DNA from: Gammaproteobacteria bacterium
GTDB taxonomy: Bacteria; Pseudomonadota; Gammaproteobacteria; Eutrophobiales; Eutrophobiaceae
Length of the DNA: 64,000 nt
NCBI GenBank assembly: GCA_965116495.1
Contig: OZ220696.1
Coordinates: forward strand, 1,632,001-1,696,000
Direction: 5' to 3'
Positions within the stretch are counted from its first letter, which is position 1; each line of letters starts with the position of its first letter. The notes beneath the pieces are model-generated. The model was not told the origin of the DNA. It saw nothing but the letters and a program-made list of their open reading frames with translations, and ran no database searches. This document shows positions 41,284-51,662 of this stretch, in pieces. Made by a program: the position numbers and the translations under genes.

Positions 41284-41757
41284 ATGTCGGAATTAACCCA
41301 TTTCAATGAGACCGGGGAGGCGCAGATGGTTGACATCGGCGCCAAGGATGCGACTCATCGCATCGCCGTGGCGGAAGGGACAATCCGCATGCAGGACAGG
41401 ACACTGACGCTGATCATGGAGGGGGGGCATAAGAAGGGGGATGTATTGGGGATCGCCCGGGTAGCCGGCATCATGGCGGCAAAAAAAACCGCGGAACTTA
41501 TTCCGCTGTGCCATCCCCTGGCCATCAGTCACATCGACATAAGTCTTGAGCCCAGACCCGACGAGAGCGCCGTATACTGCCGGGCACGGGTCGAGACTAT
41601 CAGTTCGACCGGGGTTGAAATGGAGGCGTTGAACGCCGTGCAGGTAACCCTGCTGACAATCTATGACATGTGTAAGGCCGTTGACCGGGGCATGAGCATG
41701 GAATGGGTCAGACTCCTGAAAAAATCAGGAGGGAAATCCGGGGAGTGGGTCAGGTAG
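41284..41757 (+). CDS. moaC: Cyclic pyranopterin monophosphate synthase
   Basis: LTH...[38 protein letters not shown]. Confidence 0.97.
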   Translation: MSELTHFNETGEAQMVDIGAKDATHRIAVAEGTIRMQDRTLTLIMEGGHKKGDVLGIARVAGIMAAKKTAELIPLCHPLAISHIDISLEPRPDESAVYCRARVETISSTGVEMEALNAVQVTLLTIYDMCKAVDRGMSMEWVRLLKKSGGKSGEWVR

Positions 41758-41823
41758 AGCAAAAGATACCTGAGGTCAGAGTAAAATATCATCATATTTT
41801 ACTCTGACCCCAATATCATAGTC

Positions 41824-42213
41824 CTAACTGTACTTAATGTACTTGAAGCGCTGATCGTCCGGCGTGCCTTCCAGGGCGCTGTCTTCCTCCACCCCCGGTT
41901 GCCACATCACCACTTCCTCTATCTTCTTTGCCAGTTCGAAGTCCTTGTCGGTCACCCCTTTTGCCGCGTGGTTGACTAACTTGACGATGACAAACGCGTA
42001 ACTTGCCGTCAGGTCGGGGTGATGCCAGGCCGCCTCGGCCAGGTGGCCGACCGTATTGATCACCATCAGCGTGCCTTTCCAGCCACTGGTCTTGTACCTG
42101 CGCCGGATCCAACCATCCTCGTAGTACCAGTTCGGTAATTCATCCTTGAGCCGCTGTTCAATCTCGTCTACCTCGTAGGTGGTATCTTTCGTGTCTTTAC
42201 GCCACTTTGCCAT
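41824..42213 (-). CDS. Pterin-4-alpha-carbinolamine dehydratase family (methylotroph-type PcbD)
   Basis: AEAAWHHPDL, HAAKGVTDKDFELAKKIE. Confidence 0.9.
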   Translation of the reverse strand: MAKWRKDTKDTTYEVDEIEQRLKDELPNWYYEDGWIRRRYKTSGWKGTLMVINTVGHLAEAAWHHPDLTASYAFVIVKLVNHAAKGVTDKDFELAKKIEEVVMWQPGVEEDSALEGTPDDQRFKYIKYS

Positions 42214-42256
42214 AGTATTTCCTCAGTCTGGAAATTTCAGAACCAGTTTATTCATC

Positions 42257-42982
42257 TTAGTATTGTAGCAAATCATTGACCGATAGTGGGCAGGTCAGGA
42301 TGGGCTTCCCAGGAATTAATTTTCTGATCCCGGCAACTTTTGTACTATCGATAGTCAGTGTGCGTTTATGTTGTTTACATAATGCCCCGCGAAATCCAAG
42401 GTAGTCGGGGTTGATGCGCAGCAGGGGTGGGACATCTTCACGGGTGAGTGAACCTGCCAGGCCGGTAATGAGGCCTGCCTGCCTGGCGTCTGTTACGAAT
42501 TCCGACAATGTTTCATCGTCCAGTTTCTGCCGCAGGTTTCCGTTTGCCTTCTCACAGGTGTCCAGCATCACGCCCGTGATGCCCGTATGCTTCAGTAGCT
42601 GAAAGTTGATGTCAAGAGGAAAGAACTCGGCAAAAAAGACCAGTACAATGCGGATCTGCCTGTCCGTGAGCCTGTTGAAGGCGGACAGGGTAAACGGAGA
42701 TATGGAAGTATCAAACACGCCTACCTTGACAATATCGACTCCGCAGGCATGCATCCCCATGACGGCGGTCTCCAGACCGGCGGCATGGCTCGGCAGGTCG
42801 CCGATTGTCGCACTGGTCGTGGCGCTATTGCCAGTCAGCGCCGTGATCGAGCGTACGCTGTCTTCGTCCAGCGCCCCCAGCGCGCCCTTGCCCGGATCTT
42901 TCAAATCTATCACGTCCACTCCCAGGAAGCGGACCTGGCGCGCCTCATCCACAGATGAGACGCTGGCAAGGAAGCCCGTCAT
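42257..42982 (-). CDS. mfnB: (5-formylfuran-3-yl)methyl phosphate synthase (MfnB/Orf22, DUF556)
   Basis: LASV, IDLKDPGKGALGA, SATIGD, VKVG, MLDT, GLAGSL, LGFRGALC. Confidence 0.88.
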   Translation of the reverse strand: MTGFLASVSSVDEARQVRFLGVDVIDLKDPGKGALGALDEDSVRSITALTGNSATTSATIGDLPSHAAGLETAVMGMHACGVDIVKVGVFDTSISPFTLSAFNRLTDRQIRIVLVFFAEFFPLDINFQLLKHTGITGVMLDTCEKANGNLRQKLDDETLSEFVTDARQAGLITGLAGSLTREDVPPLLRINPDYLGFRGALCKQHKRTLTIDSTKVAGIRKLIPGKPILTCPLSVNDLLQY

Positions 42983-43003
42983 GGCTTAACCATCCCGTTT
43001 GAA

Positions 43004-43555
43004 CTACGCGTAATAATCATCAACCTTTTCCATCAGCCATGTCCAGGCTGTCCGTTCTTTTTCACCGGCGGTCTTTTTAATTGCGATGGCCAGGTATTCC
43101 AGTTCCGAACGTATCTTCTGTTCCGGTAACATGTGTAACCGGCTTACCAGTATAGCCGCTTCAACCACCGCGGCCTGGGCGCGGTTAAATCCCCTGAAAG
43201 CACCGTGGACAACGGCATGTACCGGCCGGCAGGTAAAAACAGGGCGCATCTCATCATCCTCGCGGCCCTCTACCCTGACTTCAACATGGGAAAGTGCCGC
43301 CGCGAGCCGTTTACAGGCAATATGTGTCGCATCAACCACCGGCCAGTCATGCCGGCCGGTCAGGCAACCGGCAAAAATCATCACTTCAGTGGTCGCATTT
43401 ATAACTGCCACACCGGAGTTTACCAGGTTATCCAGGGTTTTTGACGGCTTGAACGGCGCGATAAGGTACCTGTCGTTTTCCTGGCGGATACCCATGGGCG
43501 CAATGTGCGTCGTCCCGTCCGGGTTCATTGTGGTAACGACCGTTTCGTAAATCAT
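43004..43555 (-). CDS. DUF447 family protein (Orf19, H4MPT-pathway associated)
   Basis: IYETVVTT...HIAPMG, PFKPSKTLDN, GFNRAQAAVVEAAILVSRL. Confidence 0.88.
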   Translation of the reverse strand: MIYETVVTTMNPDGTTHIAPMGIRQENDRYLIAPFKPSKTLDNLVNSGVAVINATTEVMIFAGCLTGRHDWPVVDATHIACKRLAAALSHVEVRVEGREDDEMRPVFTCRPVHAVVHGAFRGFNRAQAAVVEAAILVSRLHMLPEQKIRSELEYLAIAIKKTAGEKERTAWTWLMEKVDDYYA

Positions 43556-45003
43556 CGGGACTTGCGATTCCTTGCCTGTAAGGTTGTGCCTGCAGGTTTA
43601 TAATCCTCTGCAGTCCGGCTCTTCAGATCATGTGCGGATTTTGTCCGGATTTCCTGTTCTTCAGCCGCTTCAGGTTCGACTGCTACGCCCCAGTCCAGGC
43701 TTTCGTCCTGCATGTAACGCTTGCCGAGTTTCAGGGCAGTCTCAGCCTTTCCCAGTTCCACACCCATGTAAAATGCATGGGGTGCATCCTCTTTCAGCAA
43801 TTCCAGCAGCGGGAACAGTTCATAGGGACCCTGCCCCGTAACCAGGCCGTCCCGGTTAAACACGTGAATACCTTCAGACGTTATTTCCACCCTGTAACTG
43901 GGGTCTTTTATCTCGTCGGCCAGCTCCCTGACCTCACCAAGATCATAAGGAAAAGGTTTACGCGAGTGACTTGCCAGCAGACCGCCGTCAATGCCCTTCG
44001 GGAGTCCTTCTTCCTGCTTTGCCGCAAACATTATGCGTCTGGCCAGGTCCAGTTCGCGCACCACGGAACAGGCATGGGGGCTGACTTCCGTCGCCAGTAC
44101 GTGGTTGATTTCCAGTTCCGATATTATTCCGCACAGGATGGCATTGATGCCGCTGGTATCCGCCTCCGTCAATTCGGTGAGGTTGCCGGTCCCCATCATG
44201 ATCTCAATGTCAGGGTAGCGTTCCCTCAAGGTGTGATAGCGCATAATCGACGCGGTAAATCCAAAATGGACAGGGTCCAGGATACTATCGGCAATGAACG
44301 GCTTATCCTGCGCCCCGAATTTATCTATCAACCGGTACAAAGAGGACATATCAGTGTGTTGTTCCGGGATCAGGACCGGGATCGCCGCCGTTTCTTCCGC
44401 TATCCAGGCACTGCTTTCATGCAGACTCAGCAGGTAATTGGCGCCCGCCTTTGCGCCGCGTAACAACTCATCCTGGTCCAGGGAATCGACACTGACCGCG
44501 TAACCGGTGTCGAGCAGTGCTCGCACGGCGTCTTCCAAGTGCGGGAAAGGCGTATCCGGCAGGCATCCGATGTCAATCACGTCGGCGCCGTCTCGTTTAT
44601 ATCTCTGAGCGCGTGCGAGGATGTCGTCTACACCGATTTGCGAAGCCTCCACTATTTCGGCAAAAATGCCGACATTGTATTTATCCAGGCTGACCGGTTG
44701 CGCTTCGCGTCCGAAAAAGGTGGGCAGATCCTTGACGTCTACTGTGCCTCGTTGTACTGGTACGCCCAGCGCCTCTCCCAGCGCATCCAGGTCGCCCTGG
44801 CACAGCCCCGGAACGATGATTCTATCCACACCGTCAATGTTCCGCAGGCGGCGTCTGATCATCTGCGCGGTCATCAGCGCCGCGACGCTGACGCCGATGT
44901 TTCTTATCTCACAGGTGAACTCCAGCGGCTGCATGGCATTCAGGACACGCCGCAGGCGTTTTTCCGCCAGTTTTCCCGTCAGAAAGAGAATGTGTTCTGT
45001 CAT
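43552..45003 (-). CDS. Dihydropteroate-synthase-like Orf20 protein (DUF6513 + pterin-binding + DUF4346)
   Basis: ILFLTGKLA, VAALMT, GADVIDIG, GNLTELTEAD, HAFYMGVELGKA..YMQDE.L.WG. Confidence 0.88.
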   Translation of the reverse strand: MTEHILFLTGKLAEKRLRRVLNAMQPLEFTCEIRNIGVSVAALMTAQMIRRRLRNIDGVDRIIVPGLCQGDLDALGEALGVPVQRGTVDVKDLPTFFGREAQPVSLDKYNVGIFAEIVEASQIGVDDILARAQRYKRDGADVIDIGCLPDTPFPHLEDAVRALLDTGYAVSVDSLDQDELLRGAKAGANYLLSLHESSAWIAEETAAIPVLIPEQHTDMSSLYRLIDKFGAQDKPFIADSILDPVHFGFTASIMRYHTLRERYPDIEIMMGTGNLTELTEADTSGINAILCGIISELEINHVLATEVSPHACSVVRELDLARRIMFAAKQEEGLPKGIDGGLLASHSRKPFPYDLGEVRELADEIKDPSYRVEITSEGIHVFNRDGLVTGQGPYELFPLLELLKEDAPHAFYMGVELGKAETALKLGKRYMQDESLDWGVAVEPEAAEEQEIRTKSAHDLKSRTAEDYKPAGTTLQARNRKSR

Positions 45004-45360
45004 GTCATGTGATTTATCCGCAGACTAAGCAGATTAACATCAATTCAGGACACCCATCAATTCAGGACACCCATTAATTCAACAAAGCCAGGGGGTATGC
45101 AATTTATGGCTGTCCCAAATTATGTTCCAGCGCCCCTGTCCGGGTTTCAGATAGACATGAAACGTTGCATTGCTGGTTTATTTGAACCAGTTCGGTTGCC
45201 GAATGGCTTGATAAAATTTCCATCACTGATATAATTACATTTCTTTTACACTGAATAAGTTGTTGTTTTACAAATCTAATTTCATTTATGCTGGGGATAC
45301 TGACGAGTCTGGCATAATTTTCGCTCTGTTATTTCAGAAATGACTTACAACGAGACATAA

Positions 45361-46086
45361 ATGGGTATTACAGATCCGTGGAGCAGGCAAGAGTTTGAAC
45401 AGCGTTTGCGTGGCAAGGAGAAATATTATCATATTCATCATCCGTTCCATGTGTCGATGAATTCCGGAAAACTGGACAAGCCGGCAATACAGGGCTGGGT
45501 GGCCAACCGGTTTTACTACCAGACCAGCATACCCGTGAAGGATGCCGCCATCATGGCCAACTGCCGCGAGCGCGACGTCAGGCGTCAATGGGTGCAGCGT
45601 ATTATCGACCACGACGGCCAGGAAGGCGAAGACGGCGGCATAGAGGCATGGCTGCAACTCGGCGAGGCCGTAGGCCTGGACAGGAGTGAATTAATTTCGG
45701 AGGAACACGTGTTGCCCGGCGTGCGTTTTGCCATAGACGCCTATTACAACTTTGCCCGCACCGCCGCCTGGCAGGAAGCAGCCTGCTCATCCCTCACTGA
45801 ATTGTTTGCGCCCAAAATTCACCAGAAGCGGCTGGACAACTGGCCGCAGCATTACACCTGGATAGACGCCAAAGGCTACAACTATTTCCGCAAGAGACTG
45901 AGCGAGGCAAGGCGAGACGTGCAACACGGCCTGGATGTTACACTGGATTATTTCAGGACCCGTGCAGAGCAGGAACGAGCCCTGAAGATCCTGCAACTGA
46001 AGCTGGATATACTCTGGACCATGCTGGATGCCATGTGGATGGCCTATATTGAAAACAAGCCGCCCTATCACTGCGTTGAGGTGTGA
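45361..46086 (+). CDS. pqqC: Pyrroloquinoline-quinone synthase
   Basis: [46 protein letters not shown]. Confidence 0.97.
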   Translation: MGITDPWSRQEFEQRLRGKEKYYHIHHPFHVSMNSGKLDKPAIQGWVANRFYYQTSIPVKDAAIMANCRERDVRRQWVQRIIDHDGQEGEDGGIEAWLQLGEAVGLDRSELISEEHVLPGVRFAIDAYYNFARTAAWQEAACSSLTELFAPKIHQKRLDNWPQHYTWIDAKGYNYFRKRLSEARRDVQHGLDVTLDYFRTRAEQERALKILQLKLDILWTMLDAMWMAYIENKPPYHCVEV

Positions 46087-46146
46087 ATACCGATACTTGC
46101 TGTGTAACTTCCGGGGACAGACACATTCTGTCCCCAGCGACGTGTT

Positions 46147-46410
46147 ATGAACAATGCCCCTGAAATCGCCCCGACCTTCCGCTTCCAGTGGGAGGAAGCC
46201 CAGGACTGCTACGTCATCCTGTATCCTGAGGGCATGGTAAAACTCAGTGGCAGCGCCGGTGAGATCATGAAACGTTGTGACGGCAAGAAAAGTACCGACG
46301 AGATTATCACTGAACTTGAAAACGCGTTTCCCGGGGTCGACCTGGAAAACGATGTCCGCAACTTTCTGGATAATGCAAAAAACAATGGTTGGATCAGATA
46401 CAAATCCTAG
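46147..46410 (+). CDS. pqqD: PqqA peptide chaperone
   Basis: [28 protein letters not shown]. Confidence 0.96.
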   Translation: MNNAPEIAPTFRFQWEEAQDCYVILYPEGMVKLSGSAGEIMKRCDGKKSTDEIITELENAFPGVDLENDVRNFLDNAKNNGWIRYKS

Positions 46411-47533
46411 CAGGCCGCTCTGGCTGCTGGCCGAACTTACCTACCGCTGCCCGTTGCAGTGCCCGTACTGCTCCAACCCGGTGGAAATTGCCAAATATAA
46501 CAATGAGCTCACTACCGATGACTGGGTCAGGGTATTGCAGCAGGCGCGCAAGATGGGGGCGACCCAGCTCGGCTTCTCCGGTGGCGAACCGTTGGTGCGG
46601 CGCGACCTGGAAGACCTGATTCGCGAGGCGCGGAGTCTTGGTTATTACACCAACCTGATCACCTCGGGGGTGGGCATGGATGCGGACCGGGTCAAGGCCT
46701 TCAAGGAGGCGGGCCTGGACCATATCCAGATCAGTTTCCAGGCCAGTAACGAAGAGTTGAACAATTATCTCGGCGGCACAAAAAGTTTCCGGCACAAACA
46801 GGAAATGGCCAGGGTAGTCAAGGAGTTTGAATACCCCATGGTCCTGAACATCGTGCTGCACCGGAAGAACGTCGACCAGATCCGGGATATCCTGGACATG
46901 ACCGTGGATTTGAATGCCGATTACGTGGAACTGGCCAGCACCCAGTACTACGGTTGGTCCCGGGTCAACATCGAACAGTTATTACCCACCCGAGAACAAC
47001 TTGCCCGGGCTGAAATTGTGGCGAAGGAATACCAGGAAAAGATGAAGGACAGGATGAAAATCATCTACGTTATCCCGGATTACTTTGAGAACCGGCCCAA
47101 AGCCTGTATGAACGGCTGGGGTTCGATCTTTCTTACTATCGCTCCCGACGGCAGCGCCCTCCCCTGCCACGCCGCCGCCCAGTTACCCGGACTGGAATTT
47201 CCCAATGTCAGGGATCACAGTATCGAAGAAATCTGGAATGGCTCCGATGCGTTTAATAAATTCCGCGGCTTTGACTGGATGCAGGAACCCTGCAGGAGTT
47301 GCCCGGAGAAGGAAAAAGACTTCGGCGGCTGCCGCTGCCAGGCTTACATGCTGACCGGTGACGCCACCAACGCCGACCCCGTGTGCGACAAATCCGCTCA
47401 CCACCGGCAACTGCATGACGACGTGGCGCGCATCGGCCGCTTGTCCGGTACAAAGGAATTTGAAGACAAGCCCCTGGTGTTCCGCAATATGAAGAACTCC
47501 AAAGAGATCCTGGGGGACAGAGTTACCGCTTGA
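46385..47533 (+). CDS. pqqE: PqqA peptide cyclase, radical SAM/SPASM
   Basis: [31 protein letters not shown]...DFGGCRCQA. Confidence 0.97.
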   Translation: MVGSDTNPSRPLWLLAELTYRCPLQCPYCSNPVEIAKYNNELTTDDWVRVLQQARKMGATQLGFSGGEPLVRRDLEDLIREARSLGYYTNLITSGVGMDADRVKAFKEAGLDHIQISFQASNEELNNYLGGTKSFRHKQEMARVVKEFEYPMVLNIVLHRKNVDQIRDILDMTVDLNADYVELASTQYYGWSRVNIEQLLPTREQLARAEIVAKEYQEKMKDRMKIIYVIPDYFENRPKACMNGWGSIFLTIAPDGSALPCHAAAQLPGLEFPNVRDHSIEEIWNGSDAFNKFRGFDWMQEPCRSCPEKEKDFGGCRCQAYMLTGDATNADPVCDKSAHHRQLHDDVARIGRLSGTKEFEDKPLVFRNMKNSKEILGDRVTA

Positions 47534-47615
47534 GTTATCTCGTCGTAGCGGCGCAAGCCGGTATCCGGTAAATATACATTCGACTGTTTTAAGAAAGAAT
47601 TTTTTTGACCTTGAT

Positions 47616-47712
47616 TGGATTCCGGGTCAAGCCCGGAATGACGGACAGCCGGGAATGATGAACAGTCAGGATTGACGAACAGTCAGGATTGACGAACAGT
47701 CAGGATTGACGA
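47616..47712. repeat. CGTC-type REP followed by a 17-bp tandem array (~4.6 units) overlapping the folP 3' end
   Basis: ggaatgacggacagccg / ggaatgatgaacagtca / ggattgacgaacagtca x2 / ggattgacga. Confidence 0.9.
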
Positions 47713-48534
47713 GCGGGAGCGAAGTGCCCAGGCTACGTCGAGGGCCTGGCGGTTCTCCTTAATGTCGTGTACGCGGAAGATATCGACACCGGCAAAGACG
47801 CCTATGGCCGTGGTGGCGCAGGTTGCTCCTACCAGTTCGCTATACTCGGTTATGTCGCAGATTGAACCCATGAAACGTTTTCGGCTTGCTCCCAGCATCA
47901 CCTTGTAACCGGTTGCCGTGAATTTGTTGAGGTTCACTATGATATCCAGGTTGTCACGTTTGGATTTACCGAACCCGATACCCGGGTCGATCACCAGGTT
48001 CTCCTGCTTGACGCCTGCATCCTGGGCGAGTGCCGCGCGCTCCAGCAGAAAAGACTTGATCTCGGCAACGACGTCGGTGTAACGCGGATTATCCTGCATG
48101 GTCCTGGGCGTCCCCTGCATGTGCATGATGATATAAGGCACACCGGCTTCGGCGACCAGCCTGAACATACCGGGGTCGTCCTGCCCTGCCGAGATATCAT
48201 TGACGATGGCAGCTCCCTGCTTCAGTGCGGCGCCGGCAACGATGGTGGAGGTCGTATCAATACCGATGGAAACGTCTGCGGGAAGTTCCTGTCGCAGTTG
48301 GCTGATAACCGGTATAACTCGCCCCAGTTGTTCCTCCACCGGTACGCGGTCTGCGCCCGGGCGGGTGGATTCGCCTCCTATATCTATCATCTCCACTCCC
48401 TGCTCCACCATCTCATGAGCGCGGGCTACGGCTGAGGTTAATTCCTGGTGCAGGCCGCCGTCGGAAAAGCTGTCAGGGGTCACGTTGAGGACACCCATGA
48501 GCAGCGGTCTGGAGGTGGCATCAACCGGATTCAT
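47683..48534 (-). CDS. folP: Dihydropteroate synthase
   Basis: MGVLNVTPDSFSDGG, DIGGESTRPG, DPGIGFGK, SRKRF, RVHD. Confidence 0.96.
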   Translation of the reverse strand: MNPVDATSRPLLMGVLNVTPDSFSDGGLHQELTSAVARAHEMVEQGVEMIDIGGESTRPGADRVPVEEQLGRVIPVISQLRQELPADVSIGIDTTSTIVAGAALKQGAAIVNDISAGQDDPGMFRLVAEAGVPYIIMHMQGTPRTMQDNPRYTDVVAEIKSFLLERAALAQDAGVKQENLVIDPGIGFGKSKRDNLDIIVNLNKFTATGYKVMLGASRKRFMGSICDITEYSELVGATCATTAIGVFAGVDIFRVHDIKENRQALDVAWALRSRSSILTVRQS

Positions 48535-49478
48535 CTTAATCTTTTCACCATTTCGTCTGTGGCAGTGACCAGGGCATCCACCATGACGGGTTCACCGGCT
48601 AGGTGCCCTCCCTCATTGACGACCACCAGTTCAGAATCCGGCAGCGCCCGGTGTAACGACCAGGAGGCATCCAGGGTGCAGGTCATGTCCCGCCGCCCAT
48701 GGATGATCCTGATTGGCACGGAGGGGAGTTCAGCTACATTATCCAGGAGCTGGTTTTCAGCGATAAAATACCGGTGTTTCGCATAATGGGTTTCTATCAG
48801 GACTTCATGGACGGTCTTGTTTACGTCGCCGGGTGCATACTCCGCTCCCGGCAACAGGTAAGTGACGATCCGTCCCGCCCATTTTGACCAGGCCAGGGCG
48901 GCGGCTTCCCGGGTTTTTCTGTCCGCGCCATGGACACGGAGATGATAGGCTGAGATGAGGTCATCTCTTTCGGGTGCAGGTATGATCTCCGTAAAGTCCC
49001 GCCAGTAGTCGGGAAAGATCATGCTGGCGCCCTGCCTGCCGAACCAGTCCAGGTCCTTTTGCCGGGCCAGGAAGGTACCGCGCAGGATCATGCCCAGGAC
49101 GCGGGACGGGTATGATTGCGCGTACAGCAACCCGAGGGTAGCGCCCCAGGACCCGCCGAACACCAGCCATTTGTCTATGCCCAGGTGTTCCCTTATGCGT
49201 TCGATATCCTGCAGCAGTTCCGGGGTTGAATTGTTTGTTGTCTCACCGGCCGGTTTCGAGCGGTGGCAACCGCGCTGGTCAAACAGGACCACCCGGTATT
49301 TTTTGGGATTGAAGTAACGCCGGTGATTCCCGTTACAGCCTGAGCCCGGGCCGCCATGCAGGAATATCACCGGAAGCCCCCGGGGATTGCCTGCCTCCTC
49401 GACGTAGACGGTATGAACCTGATCTACTTTCAGGTGATAGCTCCCTCTGGCTGCAATTTCAGGGTATAACTCTCTCAT
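48531..49478 (-). CDS. pip: Proline iminopeptidase
   Basis: LHGGPG, FDQRGC, FGGSWG, LRG.F. Confidence 0.95.
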   Translation of the reverse strand: MRELYPEIAARGSYHLKVDQVHTVYVEEAGNPRGLPVIFLHGGPGSGCNGNHRRYFNPKKYRVVLFDQRGCHRSKPAGETTNNSTPELLQDIERIREHLGIDKWLVFGGSWGATLGLLYAQSYPSRVLGMILRGTFLARQKDLDWFGRQGASMIFPDYWRDFTEIIPAPERDDLISAYHLRVHGADRKTREAAALAWSKWAGRIVTYLLPGAEYAPGDVNKTVHEVLIETHYAKHRYFIAENQLLDNVAELPSVPIRIIHGRRDMTCTLDASWSLHRALPDSELVVVNEGGHLAGEPVMVDALVTATDEMVKRLR

Positions 49479-49532
49479 TGCGGTTGTGGGTCAGGCTGAA
49501 GGTACACCAAAAAATTGTCCCTGCACACCCTT

Positions 49533-49753
49533 TACACGTCATTCCGGCAGCCCGTACACGTCATTCCGGCAGCCCGTGCACGTCATTCCGGTAGCCCGTA
49601 CACGTCATTCCGGTAGCTCGTACACGTCATTCCGGTAGCTCGTACACGTCATTCCGGTAGCTCGTACACGTCATTCCGGCGAAAGCCGGAATCCAGTCAG
49701 ATAACACACTATGGATTCCGGCTTTCGCCGGAATGACGATTCGGAATGACGAT
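49533..49753. repeat. 22-bp tandem array (6 full units) running into a CGTC-type REP doublet
   Basis: tacacgtcattccgg(c/t)ag(c)(c/t)cg x6, then cgtcattccggcgaaagccggaatccag...tggattccggctttcgccggaatgacg. Confidence 0.95.
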
Positions 49754-49765
49754 AACAGGTAAATA

Positions 49766-50716
49766 CTATATCTCGCCCAGGATCTGTTCCCTCTTCCGTT
49801 CATATTCTTCGGCGCTGATCAGTTCCTTGTCACGCAGTTCCTGCAAGGTCATCAGTCTCTGCTTGATTGTCTGGCTCGTGTCTCCGTTAGAGGATTGCAT
49901 CTCCTTGCGCATCTTGGCCAGTTCCAGGCGCATCTCCCGTCTTTCCCGCGCCATCCTGGCCGCCTCCGCCTGCATGGCCGCACTGGTCACCGTCTCCTGC
50001 GGCGCCTGTTTCTTCTTTTCAGCCAGGTACGCCGCTGCCGCCTGTTCCAGGTCTATTTCTATCCAGTCCCGGCGTGTCTTCCTGCCATCCTCATGAGGAT
50101 TGACACCGGCCCCGGCAACAATAGAGCCTTTGAAACCGACAGATTTGGCCCGGCGGCCATATTTGAAGTACTGCTTTGTTTCCGTTATGCCATGGCTCCT
50201 TTCGACCGTCTCCTGGAACCTGTCACCTTCATGATCATAATCTCCGATGATGAGATGCAGCTTGCCGTCCAGGTAGAAAACCCGTCCTCCGGTATAACCC
50301 CTGTTCTGGATGACCACATATTTCTTTTCCGACCGGGCTAGCACAAAGACGATATCCTGGTCCGGCCTGGCCTTGGATAATCCGGTGGCGATATACTGGC
50401 CCAGCAGGCGTGACTGTTGCAGGGAAAACAGTGTCTTGCGTTTCTTTTTCTTGAAGAAACCCCCGCTAGAATTGGCTTCGATTCCTTCAAGGGCATTGGC
50501 AACCAGATCGGCTTCCAACTGCACCGGGTGCTGGTTCGGCGGCGTCACATCCTTTTTGGACTTATCCTGGTCCGTCAGCCGGATATACAGGTTAGCCCCG
50601 GATTTCCACAGGTCTTCATCGTTTGCGCCGAAATTGGGCAGCAAATCAGCCTGGATAATGCCTGCGTACGACAGCAGGAGCAAATACAGGATGCCGGTTT
50701 TGGTAGATTTTCTCAT
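49766..50716 (-). CDS. Exported protein with C-terminal coiled coil and SHOCT domain
   Basis: Signal peptide; C-terminus RLMTLQELRDKELISAEEYERKREQILGEI. Confidence 0.8.
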   Translation of the reverse strand: MRKSTKTGILYLLLLSYAGIIQADLLPNFGANDEDLWKSGANLYIRLTDQDKSKKDVTPPNQHPVQLEADLVANALEGIEANSSGGFFKKKKRKTLFSLQQSRLLGQYIATGLSKARPDQDIVFVLARSEKKYVVIQNRGYTGGRVFYLDGKLHLIIGDYDHEGDRFQETVERSHGITETKQYFKYGRRAKSVGFKGSIVAGAGVNPHEDGRKTRRDWIEIDLEQAAAAYLAEKKKQAPQETVTSAAMQAEAARMARERREMRLELAKMRKEMQSSNGDTSQTIKQRLMTLQELRDKELISAEEYERKREQILGEI

Positions 50717-50777
50717 AAGATTGGTTAAGTGCGAGTCTCAAATACCTTTATTGGAGCAATTATAGAATAATCCGGGG

Positions 50778-50807
50778 ACCAAAACAAAAAGGCGCACAGT
50801 GTGCGCC
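50778..50807. repeat. 30-bp direct repeat, left copy (duplicate of part of porin terminator)
   Basis: accaaaacaaaaaggcgcacagtgtgcgcc, identical to 54477-54506. Confidence 0.95.
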
Positions 50808-50927
50808 CCTTGCAAGGAAAGTGGCATCATCAGGATGCGCGGCTGTGGTAGGTAAATGAGTTCTATCATTTCATGCCAGGATGGCTTATCATTTCTTACC
50901 TGATAATAAGGTACTTGGAGTAAAGTA

Positions 50928-51167
50928 ATGCAAGCAACAATCACAAGTAAAGGGCAAGTGACCGTTCCCAAACCGATTCGGGACAAACTTCACCTCCGAG
51001 CAGGTGACAAGGTTGAATTTATGTTGGAAGAAGATGGAAACCTGCGGGTTGCGCCCGTCACTGCGTCTGTTACACAACTGAAAGGCATGTTGCCCAAACC
51101 CTCTGTCACACTCAATATTGCAGAAATGGATAAAGCCATTGAAATCACTGCCGCGCGCAGGAGATGA
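50928..51167 (+). CDS. AbrB/MazE-family antitoxin (VapB-like)
   Basis: ATITSKGQVTVPKPIRDKL.L.AGD. Confidence 0.92.
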   Translation: MQATITSKGQVTVPKPIRDKLHLRAGDKVEFMLEEDGNLRVAPVTASVTQLKGMLPKPSVTLNIAEMDKAIEITAARRR

Positions 51168-51562
51168 TCGGTCTCGACACCAACATCCTGGTGCGCTACA
51201 TCCTTCAGGACGACCCTGAGCAGGCAGCAGTTGCGGAGCGTCTTATCGAAAGTCAATGTACGGCACACTCGCCCGGTTATATCAGCATCCTGGTTCTGGT
51301 AGAGATGGTATGGGTACTGACCACCGGCTACGGTTATGAGAAGCACCACATTGTTTCAACAATTCACCAGGTCCTGATTACAAACGAATTCATGGTTGAA
51401 GATCGTGAAACAGTTTGGGTTGCTTTACGGGAATTTGAAAGAGGCTCCTCTGACTTTGCAGACTGTCTCATTTCTCATCGCAATCATACGCAGGGGTGCA
51501 CACAAACCTTCACCTTCGACCGCAAAGCGGCACGCGGGAGTCACTTTGCGTTCGCTGGCTGA
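51164..51562 (+). CDS. vapC: PIN-domain VapC toxin
   Basis: MIGLDTNILVRY, E.VWVL, DFADCLI, TFD. Confidence 0.92.
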   Translation: MIGLDTNILVRYILQDDPEQAAVAERLIESQCTAHSPGYISILVLVEMVWVLTTGYGYEKHHIVSTIHQVLITNEFMVEDRETVWVALREFERGSSDFADCLISHRNHTQGCTQTFTFDRKAARGSHFAFAG

Positions 51563-51662
51563 TTCTTCAGGGATGGACCGATGAATTTATAGGCGTAATC
51601 ACTCGCCGTCTGACGACGGTGTGCCTCTATCAGACCGGAACTAACCCGGGAATTCCGTTACA

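Noticed and set aside
40411-45360. Hidden pqqA upstream of pqqB or pqqC
   Set aside because: No short ORF with an ExxxY precursor motif found in 40411-40520 or 45004-45360
43552-48534. folP duplication
   Set aside because: The 483-aa DHPS-like protein is the Orf20 family, not a second FolP
49533-49680. Possible CRISPR array
   Set aside because: Units are head-to-tail 22-mers with no unique spacers, derive from a REP end, and no cas genes are present
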